A stretch of DNA of 64,000 bases, from the NCBI GenBank assembly GCA_965222605.1, contig OZ244960.1:4512001-4576000 (forward strand), written 5' to 3'. Within the stretch, counting starts at the first letter, position 1; the number at the start of each line of letters is the position of its first letter. The position numbers and the translations under genes are program-made. Below the pieces are notes generated by a model that ran no database searches, was not told the DNA's origin, and saw only the letters and a program-made list of their open reading frames with translations. This DNA is from Candidatus Latescibacterota bacterium. GTDB lineage: Bacteria > Latescibacterota > UBA2968. Shown here piece by piece: positions 47,942 through 57,700 of this stretch.

Positions 47942-49861
47942 ATGCTTTCGCAAAAGTATTCGGAAGACGTGTTAAAAGATATTTTGATTCCGCGGGATGA
48001 CTGGCGGCCTTTTCCCACGGCGTTGACGCGCTATGCGTGGGATGCGTTGCCAGACGCGGTTCGGCAGGCGCAAATTGCACGGGGAGAGGAACGTCTGAAT
48101 TTTGAATGGCCAGGCGTGCCTGCAGTGCGGTTTTTGGATTATGCGCGCAATGGCAATCGCTCGCGGTACGAGAGCCTGAGTTTTGCGCGGCGCACGGTGC
48201 TGTCCGACCTGGTTCTGGCAGAATGCGTGGAGGGAAAAGGCCGATTTTTGGATGATATTACCAATGGTATCTGGTGTATTTGCGAGGAATCTTTTTGGGG
48301 CGTGCCCGCGCATATTGGCGTGCAAAAGGCGGGTAGTGGTTTGCCGGATACGGCTGAGCCGATTGTCGATCTGTTTGCCGCGGAGACGTCGGAATTGTTG
48401 GCGTGGACGGTTTATTTGCTCGGCGCGCAACTCGACGCGGTTTCGCCTTTGATTGTGCCGCGCATTGCGCGTGAGATGCAATATCGCATTTTGACGCCTT
48501 TATTGGAGCGCGAAGATTTTGGCTGGATGGGGTATTCGGGTGCGCGCGTGAACAATTGGAATCCGTGGATTGTGTCGAATTGGTTGACTTCCACGTTGTT
48601 GATGGAAACCGATGACGCACGGCGGGTTGCTTCGGTGTTTAAGGCGATGCAGACGGTGGATCATTTTATCGATCCGTATCCGAAGGACGGGGGTTGTGAC
48701 GAGGGACCGGGCTATTGGGGACGTGCGGGGGCATCGCTTTACGATTGTTTGGAGTGGCTTTATAGCGCAACGGGTGGCGCGATTGATGTGTACGATGAAT
48801 CACTCGTTCAGAATATTGGCAAATTTATCTATCGGGTGCAAATTGCGGATCGATATTTTATCAATTTTGCCGATGCGTCGCCTGTGGTGATGCCGGCTTT
48901 TGCGGTTGTCTATGGCTATGGCAAGCGCATTGGGGATGACGCAATGATGGCTCTCGGCGCGTGGTCTGCAAAACAACAGGGTGCAGCCGAGAAGGGTATT
49001 TCGGAGTCTTTTGGGAGCATGGGGCGGGCGTTGCCCGCGCTGTTTTCGCTGAATGAAATTCTCGATGCAGAAGTTGTGCAGCCGTTGCCGCGCGATGTGT
49101 TTTTGGATGAGATTGAGGTGTTTGTCGCACGCGATCAAGGCGGATCGGCAGATGGATTTTTTGTGGGGGCAAAGGGCGGGCACAATGCCGAGAGTCACAA
49201 TCACAATGACATCGGGCATGTGGTGGTTTATTTAGATGGCAAGCCCGTGCTTGTGGATGCGGGGGTCGAGACTTATACGGCGAAGACGTTTAGCAGTACG
49301 CGATATGATATTTGGACGATGCAATCGCAATATCACACGTTGCCGACGGTGAATGGACAGATGCAGATTCCCGGGCGGGTTTATTCCGAGGGGGGGATTG
49401 ATTATCACTACGAGATTGCGGCTCGGGATGTGTCGTATGCGGCGAGCGAGGCGGATGCGACGTTTACACTGGATCTGGCACAAGCCTATCCGCCAGAGGC
49501 TCAGATTGATTCGTGGATGAGGACGGTTGTTTTGCGTCGCGGCGAGGGTGTGACGATTGCAGATCGATATGCGTTGAAAGCTGTGACGGGCGATGTTGTG
49601 ATGAATGTGTTGACGGCGTGTGGTGCTGAAGATCGCGGCGATGGCACAATCGCATTGAATGAGGTTGAATTGACGGATGGACGCATGTCGGGTGCGGCGC
49701 GTTTGCACTACGATGCGGATGCGTTCGATGTGGCGATTGAGGATATCGCGATTGAAGATGCGCAGTTGAAGACGGTTTGGGGCGGTCTGTTGAGGAGAAT
49801 TACGCTGACGGTTAAAAATCCCGAGCCGCAGGGCGGATGGACGATTCGGGTGACGCGGTGA
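47942..49861 (+). CDS. Heparinase II/III-like protein
   Basis: DLFAAET, NNWNPWI, DGGCDEGPGYW, NFADA, KGGHNAESHNHNDIG, WTMQSQYH; GGAGG RBS. Confidence 0.85.
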   Translation: MLSQKYSEDVLKDILIPRDDWRPFPTALTRYAWDALPDAVRQAQIARGEERLNFEWPGVPAVRFLDYARNGNRSRYESLSFARRTVLSDLVLAECVEGKGRFLDDITNGIWCICEESFWGVPAHIGVQKAGSGLPDTAEPIVDLFAAETSELLAWTVYLLGAQLDAVSPLIVPRIAREMQYRILTPLLEREDFGWMGYSGARVNNWNPWIVSNWLTSTLLMETDDARRVASVFKAMQTVDHFIDPYPKDGGCDEGPGYWGRAGASLYDCLEWLYSATGGAIDVYDESLVQNIGKFIYRVQIADRYFINFADASPVVMPAFAVVYGYGKRIGDDAMMALGAWSAKQQGAAEKGISESFGSMGRALPALFSLNEILDAEVVQPLPRDVFLDEIEVFVARDQGGSADGFFVGAKGGHNAESHNHNDIGHVVVYLDGKPVLVDAGVETYTAKTFSSTRYDIWTMQSQYHTLPTVNGQMQIPGRVYSEGGIDYHYEIAARDVSYAASEADATFTLDLAQAYPPEAQIDSWMRTVVLRRGEGVTIADRYALKAVTGDVVMNVLTACGAEDRGDGTIALNEVELTDGRMSGAARLHYDADAFDVAIEDIAIEDAQLKTVWGGLLRRITLTVKNPEPQGGWTIRVTR

Positions 49862-49873
49862 TGTTGAATTTTT

Positions 49874-51437
49874 GTAACTATTTAGGTTGTTGCGTTTAGG
49901 GTTATAAAAGTCTATCCTATGTCTGAGTGAGTGATTTATGTTTTGTTTAATGAAAGGATGTGGAATTGCGTCGTCCAGAAGATATTGTTGGCCTTCATCA
50001 CCTCATAGATGAGTTATTAAGTCGCATTGAGCACTTGGAAGCAGGGCATGAGTGCTTAAGTCTTGAGACTGAGCAATTACGCGAAGAGAACGTGCAATTA
50101 CGCGAAGAAAATGCCCGCCTCAAGCGGCAAGTAGGTCAAGATAGCCAGAATAGCCATCGTCCCCCATCCAGCGAGGGATATCGCAAAAAGCCAGCCTTTC
50201 CCAAGTCGAGTCAGAAGCGTCGGCGCGGTGGTCTGCGCGGTCATAAGGGTCAAACGTTGTCGCAGGTTGAGACGCCTGATGTGGTGGTTCCCCTGCGGGT
50301 TGAAAAGTGTTCTTGCGGTCAGGATTTGTCCACCGCTGCCCAAAGTCTGCTTGCGCGTCGCCAATGCTTTGATCTGCCAGAGCCTCGTATGGTGGTGACC
50401 GAATATCAGACCTTTGGGTGTTCTTGTTCGCGCTGTGGCGCCTATCACACTTCTCGCTTTCCACCTCCTATCTCTGCGCCGGTGCAATATGGGTCGCGTG
50501 TTCGTGCCTTATCCTGTCTGCTCAATGTGGACTATCGGCTTCCGTTCAAGAAAATCAAGCATCTGTTTGAAGACCTGTTTGGGCATGGCATCAATGAAAG
50601 CACGCAACAGGATGCCTTGGACTTGGCCTATCGGGGCTTAGAAAAGACCGAATCGGTGATTAAGAAACGGCTGATGGCAAGTCCGGTGGCGCATTTTGAT
50701 GAGACCGGACTGAGGGTAGCAGGCCGCCTGCACTGGCTGCATGTCTCAAGCACAGGACACGAGACACATTTGTTCGTGCATCAAAAACGGGGACGTGAGG
50801 CGTTGCAAGGAGCCGATTCGGTGCTTAACACCTTCCCCGGTTGGGCCGTCCACGATAGCTATGCGAGCTATTTCACCTCTTGGCCTTGTCGCCATAGTCT
50901 TTGCGGTGCACATCTCCTGCGCGAACTCACCGATGCCTATGAGAATGGGAGCCGATGGGCCAAGCACATGCACCGCTTCCTCTTAGCCCTTTATCGCATG
51001 AGTGTGCAAGGCACAACCAATCTGCCCGAAGCGAAGCAGCCCAAAGCCCGCCAAATCTATCAACGTCTGCTCCTTTATGCCCAAAAGAAGGAACCGCCAC
51101 CTGTCAAGAAGACTGGCAAGAAGGGACGGGCAAAAGGTAGTCGTGCCTATAACTTACTCCAACGGCTCATCACACATCAAGACGCGGTATTGGCCTTTGC
51201 CTTTCACCATGCTGTCCCGTTCACCAATAATCAAGCCGAACGAGACTTGCGCCCGGCAAAAGTCAAACAGAAAGTCGCCACATGCTTTCGCACCTTGGCA
51301 GGGGCCAAGAGATATGCACGCCTCCAAGCCTTCCTCTCAACCTTGAGAAAACAGCGCATCCCTGTCTTGAAAGAACTTGCACTGGTCTTGAAAGAACACA
51401 ACTATACCCTTGATTACTCACATACCTAAATAGTTAC
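49874..51437 (+). mobile_element. IS66-family insertion sequence, single-ORF (ISBst12-like), 1564 bp
   Basis: 14-bp perfect TIRs GTAACTATTTAGGT / ACCTAAATAGTTAC; 8-bp TSD GAATTTTT at 49866-49873 and 51438-51445. Confidence 0.95.
49960..51429 (+). CDS. tnpC: IS66 family transposase TnpC
   Basis: Leucine zipper, SQNSHRPPSS, zinc finger CSCG...CSRC, HFDETG, VHD.Y, LCGAHLLREL, FTNNQAERDLR; stop codon inside the right TIR. Confidence 0.95.
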   Translation: MELRRPEDIVGLHHLIDELLSRIEHLEAGHECLSLETEQLREENVQLREENARLKRQVGQDSQNSHRPPSSEGYRKKPAFPKSSQKRRRGGLRGHKGQTLSQVETPDVVVPLRVEKCSCGQDLSTAAQSLLARRQCFDLPEPRMVVTEYQTFGCSCSRCGAYHTSRFPPPISAPVQYGSRVRALSCLLNVDYRLPFKKIKHLFEDLFGHGINESTQQDALDLAYRGLEKTESVIKKRLMASPVAHFDETGLRVAGRLHWLHVSSTGHETHLFVHQKRGREALQGADSVLNTFPGWAVHDSYASYFTSWPCRHSLCGAHLLRELTDAYENGSRWAKHMHRFLLALYRMSVQGTTNLPEAKQPKARQIYQRLLLYAQKKEPPPVKKTGKKGRAKGSRAYNLLQRLITHQDAVLAFAFHHAVPFTNNQAERDLRPAKVKQKVATCFRTLAGAKRYARLQAFLSTLRKQRIPVLKELALVLKEHNYTLDYSHT

Positions 51438-51451
51438 GAATTTTTAAAAGT

Positions 51452-51490
51452 AAAAAAAGGAGCAAGGTTATACGGCCTTGCTCCTTTTTT
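51452..51490. terminator. Bidirectional intrinsic terminator
   Basis: AAAAAAAGGAGCAAGG-TTATACGG-CCTTGCTCCTTTTTT. Confidence 0.8.
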
Positions 51491-51511
51491 GTTATTGGAT
51501 GGGTTTTTGGA

Positions 51512-52606
51512 CTATTCGATTAAGGCTTCGGAGATTGCGTCGTGAAATTCGGGGCGAAGATGGGCAATTTGATTGTTCTCGCGGGTGGGGTGTACGCGAT
51601 TGGTGAGGAGAATGACGCCGAGGTCTCGTATGGGGTCTCCCCATACGGATGTGCCGGTAAAACCGAGGATGCCGAAGGATTGTTCGCTAAAGTGGCGGCC
51701 GCTCGAACTTTCGCCGGGTGAGACCGTGTCCCAGCCGAGTGCCCAGGTGCTGTTGGGCGCGAGGTTGGCGCGTGTGGTAAATTGTGGAATGCTCCGTTTG
51801 GGAAAGATGCCTGTGCCGAGCCATGCGAGCAGGCATTTCGCCAGATCATGCGCTGTGGAAAACAGACCGGCGTGGGAGGCGATACCACCCATTGCGGCGG
51901 CATTTTCATCGTGGACTTCACCGTGTACGAGGTGATCGCGCAAGTCGGAGCCGTTTTCAGTGGGGGCAATGCGGTGTTTGAGATGGGGTGGTGGACAGTA
52001 CCTGGTGTCGTTCATTTTGAGCGGTTCGAATATGTGCTGTTTGACGAGGTGATCCAGACGATGGCCGCCGATGGTTTCGAGGATTTTACCCAGGGTGAGA
52101 AAGCCCAGGTCGCTGTACACGGTGTCTGTGCCGGGTTCATAAATTAAGGGAAGTTGGTACGCTGCGTTGAGCATGGCATCGCGGATGTCAATATCGTGCG
52201 CTACGCGTTGGTCTTCGTACAGGTGAACATGTGCGGGCAGGCCACTGCAATGAGCGAGTAGATGACGAATTGTGACGCGGTTTTTGTTTTTCCCGGTGAA
52301 AGAGGGTACATAAAATTGCACGGGTGCGTCGAGGATGAGGTGACCTCCAGCGGCAAATAACATGCAGAGTGTTGTCGTGGCGATGACTTTGGTGACGGAA
52401 GCGAGGTCGTAGAGGGTATTGATTTGCACAGGTGTCGCGTTGGGCTGATATGTGTAGTGGCCCACAGCCCAGCAGGTGACTATGCCCGCGCGGCGCAGGA
52501 CAAGGCCGACGGCACCGGGTGCAGTGCGTGTATGCACATGGTGTTGTAAGACTTGCCTGGCGCGGTCGAGTTTTTGCGAATTAAAACCGAGTTGTTCGGG
52601 TGTCAT
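51512..52606 (-). CDS. Serine hydrolase, beta-lactamase class C-like
   Basis: YDLASVTK (SxxK), LLAHCSGL, YSDLGF, GEVHDENA, GFTGT, LTNRVHP; AGGAG RBS before ATG 52606. Confidence 0.9.
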   Translation of the reverse strand: MTPEQLGFNSQKLDRARQVLQHHVHTRTAPGAVGLVLRRAGIVTCWAVGHYTYQPNATPVQINTLYDLASVTKVIATTTLCMLFAAGGHLILDAPVQFYVPSFTGKNKNRVTIRHLLAHCSGLPAHVHLYEDQRVAHDIDIRDAMLNAAYQLPLIYEPGTDTVYSDLGFLTLGKILETIGGHRLDHLVKQHIFEPLKMNDTRYCPPPHLKHRIAPTENGSDLRDHLVHGEVHDENAAAMGGIASHAGLFSTAHDLAKCLLAWLGTGIFPKRSIPQFTTRANLAPNSTWALGWDTVSPGESSSGRHFSEQSFGILGFTGTSVWGDPIRDLGVILLTNRVHPTRENNQIAHLRPEFHDAISEALIE

Positions 52607-52702
52607 TTGTGTCTCCTGACCTCTTGCACGTAGCATTTCTGTGTTCTATATTGCTAAAATAAGAGACAATAGCAAAGGAAATTTGACTGGGGAGATTGTT
52701 TT

Positions 52703-53350
52703 ATGAGATATCGACATATCTTTGGTGCAAGCGCATTTATCGCCCTGTTTTTTGCGGTGTGTATGCCCGCTGAGGGACAGGTGAATGTGGAACGGCTCGA
52801 GAGTATTGCGCGACATGTGGCGCGGGCGGTTTTAGCTGAGGGGGATTCTCTGACGGCAGAGCAGGTCGCATGGGTCGAGCGTATGACCGCGCAATTGGCA
52901 GAGGATGTGGTGTTTCTCGACGAGCAAAAACAGCGGTTGGAAGAGGTGCGCAGGGAAAGAGATGCGTCGATTCGGAATATCGCGAGCCAGGTTGCCAGGG
53001 GGATCGCTGTTCTGATTGCGCTGCTGGTTTTGTGGGCGATTTTCCGTGTGATTCGAAGGGGGGTGCGTGCCGAGTCGGGAGATGATCCTCTGGGGGTGTT
53101 GATTGCGATGCGCACAGAAGCGTGGGCGCAGAAACTCGGCAAGACGCTTGTTGAAGAAAATTTGGCGACGGGTGGAACTGTTGCACCGAGTATCCGTTCA
53201 ATCTATCGTAGGGAGGATGGGGTGCGAGAAGCTGCGGAGGCGATGGTTTTTTTGAAGACGACGCGGGCGCAACTCAGCCATTTGATTGGCCGCGCAGAGG
53301 AATTGGGCGAGGGCAAGACGCCAGAGCTCGTTGTGATATGTGAGGTGTGA
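52703..53350 (+). CDS. Single-pass membrane protein with C-terminal CutA-like domain (A)
   Basis: Signal peptide (AEG), helical ectodomain, TM followed by RVIRR, then AQKLGKTLVEENLA...SIRSIYR.E.GV.E..E.MVFLKTT...TPE. Confidence 0.75.
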   Translation: MRYRHIFGASAFIALFFAVCMPAEGQVNVERLESIARHVARAVLAEGDSLTAEQVAWVERMTAQLAEDVVFLDEQKQRLEEVRRERDASIRNIASQVARGIAVLIALLVLWAIFRVIRRGVRAESGDDPLGVLIAMRTEAWAQKLGKTLVEENLATGGTVAPSIRSIYRREDGVREAAEAMVFLKTTRAQLSHLIGRAEELGEGKTPELVVICEV

Positions 53351-53419
53351 AATGCAACCACAGATGAACACGGATGAAAGGTAAGATACAAGACGTTAAA
53401 AGGCGATGAGATGTTAAGA

Positions 53420-53448
53420 GTAGGGGCGGTGCCCCTGTGCCCGCCCGT
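53420..53448 (+). repeat. GTAG-type REP element, copy 2
   Basis: GTAGGGGCGGTGCCCCTGTGCCCGCCCGT. Confidence 0.75.
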
Positions 53449-53465
53449 GAAAGGATACCGATAGC

Positions 53466-54143
53466 ATGTTAAAAGTCTGGATCGTCATTCTGTTTGGATT
53501 TTGTTTTGTTGCGTCCGTAGAGGCTGTGGATGAGGATGCCTCGCGTATTGCGCGGGAGATGGTTCGCTCGCTGTACGGTTCCGAGCGCGTGAAGCCGTTG
53601 CCACCTGTGGCGAATGCACAGGTGCGCGTTATTGCGAGAAAGTTGGCTGCGGAGTCAGATGGCCGTTTTCAGCATGCGTTTTTTCAAGAGGAGGATCGGG
53701 AGCAAGGGGCGTTTTTCAGCGGACTGATGAAGCACGTTGTTATCGGGGTGATGATTTGTCTGGTGTTTTTTGTGGTGCATACGGTTGTGCGAAAAATTGA
53801 TGCGGCACGGCGTCTGGGGAAAACCGATCTCAATGTCGCGGTTCACGGTGGGTTGCGCGCCGCGCCTTATGTTCTGGCTCTTCCCATGCCATCTGAGGCG
53901 GAGGCAAGTCGCGTGGGGCACGCGCTTGTTGCCGAGCGGTTGGCTGCGCGTGTGGATGTTTTTTCGCAGTATTTTTTGTCGCCGAATCGGGATGGAGATA
54001 TCGTGCTATTTGTGATGACTGTAAAAGGGCGCTTGAGGTCACTGAAAAAACGGCTGGGGAATTTGTCTATTTCATTTCCCGTTTCGCATGGGCACAGGTC
54101 CTATTTGACGTGGATTGCCGATGCGGCTGATGGGAGAGGGTAG
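53466..54143 (+). CDS. Single-pass membrane protein with C-terminal CutA-like domain (B)
   Basis: Signal peptide (VEA), TM followed by RK..RR, then PSEAEASRVGHALVAERLAARV...FPVSHGHRSYLTWI. Confidence 0.7.
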   Translation: MLKVWIVILFGFCFVASVEAVDEDASRIAREMVRSLYGSERVKPLPPVANAQVRVIARKLAAESDGRFQHAFFQEEDREQGAFFSGLMKHVVIGVMICLVFFVVHTVVRKIDAARRLGKTDLNVAVHGGLRAAPYVLALPMPSEAEASRVGHALVAERLAARVDVFSQYFLSPNRDGDIVLFVMTVKGRLRSLKKRLGNLSISFPVSHGHRSYLTWIADAADGRG

Positions 54144-54242
54144 GATGTGCGCGAGACGTTCTGGTGGGCAGTTATTAGTCTGGGATATACAGGGTTTTTT
54201 GGCTGGGGATAGGAATGAAAGTCAAACGAAAGGAGAAAAACT

Positions 54243-54491
54243 ATGACGGTTCAAGAAATCACAGAAGTCATAAAAACGTTAAGCCCCAATGAGCTGAAGT
54301 ACTTACGGAATCTATTGGACGAGCACCTACCCATAGAAGGCGAAGTAGAAAAATGGGATGCTTTTCATCGATCCCTAATGGCGAAAGGTCTGGTTAAAGA
54401 ACTGAAGAAGCCGACAAAGACAACTGAACGCAGACTTATCAAGGCCAAGGGAAAGCCTGTATCACAAACAATTATTGAGGAGCGAAGATAG
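54243..54491 (+). CDS. Putative type II antitoxin
   Basis: 82 aa; AAGGAG RBS; C-terminal GKPVSQTIIEERR as seen in partners of PIN toxins; abuts a VapC remnant. Confidence 0.65.
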   Translation: MTVQEITEVIKTLSPNELKYLRNLLDEHLPIEGEVEKWDAFHRSLMAKGLVKELKKPTKTTERRLIKAKGKPVSQTIIEERR

Positions 54492-54578
54492 GTGGCGATT
54501 TATTATATGGATAGTAGTGGTATTGTTAAACGCTATGTCGATGAAATTGGTGTAGAAGATCCAAATGCACATTCTTAA
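54492..54578 (+). pseudogene. VapC/PIN toxin remnant with large in-frame internal deletion
   Basis: Translates (M)AIYYMDSSGIVKRYVDEIG-VEDPNAHS*: a PIN N-terminus fused to a PIN-like C-terminal tail. Confidence 0.75.
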
Positions 54579-54705
54579 AAATAAGCTTCAGATTTTAGCA
54601 TTTAGTCCTCGCCTTACTGTCCCAAATCAAATTGATCTCACGGCGGGCTGACTGCTGATAGTTAATACGTGTTACGATGGTTTTCCAGGGGGCTAGGAGG
54701 CTGCT

Positions 54706-57700
54706 ATGTCATACCGTATTTCTCTCTTCGTGTTGCTGACGCTGTTTGCGTGTAGCAAAAAGTCGCCCGAAGACGCACCGCTATCCTATCCTTTGGAGAC
54801 GGCGCGTATGGTGAGCCATGTGAGTGGGGGTGTGCTCGCATCGACCGATCCGATTCGCGTGCGTTTTGTATCGCCTGTTGTCGGCAAAAGTCAGGTTGGG
54901 CAGGTGTTGCGAACGCGCGTGTTTCGCTTTGTTCCATCTATTGACGGTTTGGCGACATGGGAAGATGTGCGTACGCTTGTTTTCAAGCCAAACGCACCGC
55001 TGGCGTTGCGTACAGTCTATAGCGGTGAACTTAGCATGGTCGATGTGTTTCCCCAGCACAAAGATCTGAAGCCGCTCATCATCCAGTTTGAGGTCGCGGG
55101 ACGAGAACTCGTCGCACTTGAGGCAGATTTTGAGTTGCCCGATGCGAATGATCCGCAGCGTCTCGTTTTTAGCGGTCAGATTAGCTTTAACGAACGCGCG
55201 GATTCTTCGGCTGTGAGCGATGCGGTGGCGTTGCGTCTGGGAGATCAGCGGCTTGCGCTCCATTGGCGCGTGTTATCAGATGGCAAGACGCACGATTTTA
55301 CAAGTGCCGAGATCACGCGCACAAGAGAGGCACAAGAACTCACCCTGCATATTGACCGAGCAGATTTGGAACTCTCGCAAGACTACGACAATACATGGTC
55401 TCTTCCCCCTTTATCGGTCCTTTCCGTTGTCAAGATTGAAAAACACACGGACCGGGACCGTCCGCGCGTAAGCATCATTTTTTCAGATGATCTCGATTTT
55501 GGTCAGGATATCGCGGGGTTGATCACAGTTGATCCACCGCAACAGCTTCAGCTCAACGCGCTTGGCAAAACAGTGGGTGTTGTAGGCAATTTTCAGCACG
55601 GACAGAGTTATGCGCTCACCGTACACCCCGGCATTCGCAGTCGCTGGGGCATTGCGCTGGCACAACCACATACAGAGACGGTGGTTTTTGACGATATAAA
55701 ACCTCGCATGCGTTTTGCGCGTGACGGTGTGTTTTTGCCCTCTTCTGGCAATCGAAAAATCCGGTTTCAGACGGTAAATGTGTCGCGCGTTCGTCTCAAG
55801 TTCGATAAAGTTTTTGAATCGAATCTGGGGCAGTTCTTGCAAGTTCAAGGGGTGGATGGATCGCGGGATCGCACGCGAGTATTTTCCTCTTATCAGATTC
55901 GGCGCGTGGGCGTGACAGTGGTGGATAAAAAACTGGATATTGGTAACGAAAAAAATGTGTGGTTGCAGCACGATCTCGATTTGGACGATCTGATTTCCAA
56001 AGATGAGAAGGGGCTTTATCTGATCGGTCTCACTTTTGGGGCAGAGGATATGCTTTACGGAGACCCGGTGGAAGCGGCAGAGGCGCGGCAACAACGCAGG
56101 CGGTACCGCGGGACTGATTATTATAACAATCCCTATTCGCGCGGTTATGTCTATCAGCATGGGCGCATCTATAAGCCGGTGGTGGTCAGCGATATCGGTC
56201 TTACGCATCAAAAGGCGCACGAGCGGCATCTCGTTTATGCCACCCATTTAGAAGATGCGCGTCCATTGTCCGGTGTCACCATAACCCTGCGCACATACCA
56301 GAATCAGATTGTGGAACAGAAAGTCACGGATCGGAATGGCCTGGCGGATTTTAGTCCTGTAAAATCAGATGTTTTTTTCATCGAAGCCGAGAAAGACGGG
56401 CAGCGCAGTTTTATCAAACCGGGGGATATGGCGTGGAATCTATCGACGTTTGATACGGGGGGACAAGACCCTGCACCCGATGGCATTCGGGCGTTTTTTT
56501 ACACGGAGCGCGGGGTTTATCGGCCCGGCGATGATATTCACTTGTCGACGATTGTGCGAAATCACAACCACACATTTCCAGATGGGCATCCGGTTTCGCT
56601 CGCGTTTTATAATCCATTGGGACAGCGCGTGCTCACGCAGACCAATCGCGAGGGGAAAGATGGGTTTTACACCTTTGATTTGTCGTCGTCGGCCGATGCA
56701 CCAACGGGCAACTGGCGCGCTGAAATTGATGTGGGTAGCCGCAAATTTAATCACACGGTCAAAATTGAAACCGTTGTGCCTTTTCGCCTCAAGGTCTTTC
56801 TCGATCCACAACTTGCAGATCGGGATCGGGTGTTGAAAGCAGATCTGAGGAGTACGTATTTATTTGGCAATCCAGCGGCGGGCTTAAAAGCCAGTGTCGA
56901 TGTTACGCTGCGCAGTTCTCCGCCTGTATTTCCCAAGTATGAGGGTTTTTCGTTTGTCAATCAGGCGGTGAAATTTAAGCCGATTACAACCAATATTTTT
57001 AAGGGCACTCTGGACAAGGAGGGCAAAGCCGCTGTGTCGTGGCAGCTTCCATCTTTGAGCGAAGCACCTTCGCGTCTGTCTGCGGTATTGCACGCTCGCG
57101 TGCTCGAAAAAGGGGGGCGACCCAATAGCACGGCGCGCACGGTACACATCGATCCATTTGGGGTTTATGTGGGGTTGCGAAAGCCAGATATGGATTACGG
57201 TTTTACGCGCATCAATGCCTCTCTTGAAGTGCCCGTTGTTGCGGTGACGCCCGATGGGGAGGTCGCGTCTGGACGCACGTTGATGTATCGCGTTTTTCAC
57301 AATGAGAATTACTGGTGGTGGGAATACGATTCGAGGGATCAGTTTCGCCTGCGTTTTAAGCGGGATTTCAGCACGAAGAAGATTTTCGAAACGTCGATTA
57401 TTTCTCAAGATCACCCGGTGCCGGTTGCGTTTACGCCCGAAAAAAAAGGAGAGTATTTGATTGAGGTGGCGGATGCAGATGGGCATAAGGCGTCACTTTT
57501 TATTCGCGCGTATCCCTGGGGCAGTTTGCCCGCAAGTGGGCGAGATGCTGGCGCATTGGTGCTCAAGACAGACCGAGAAAATTACGCGCCGGGTGAAATA
57601 GCTGTGGTGTCTTTTCCCGTGCCCGATACGTCGTCTGTGCTGGTGACTGTGTCTCGGGGTGGAAATGTGGTGCATTCGCGGTGGCACACGCCGAGCACGA

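Noticed and set aside
51512-52606. Beta-lactamase as an antibiotic-resistance gene
   Set aside because: YSD and GEVHDENA motifs and no signal peptide fit the esterase/peptidoglycan-recycling serine hydrolase group; resistance is unsupported.
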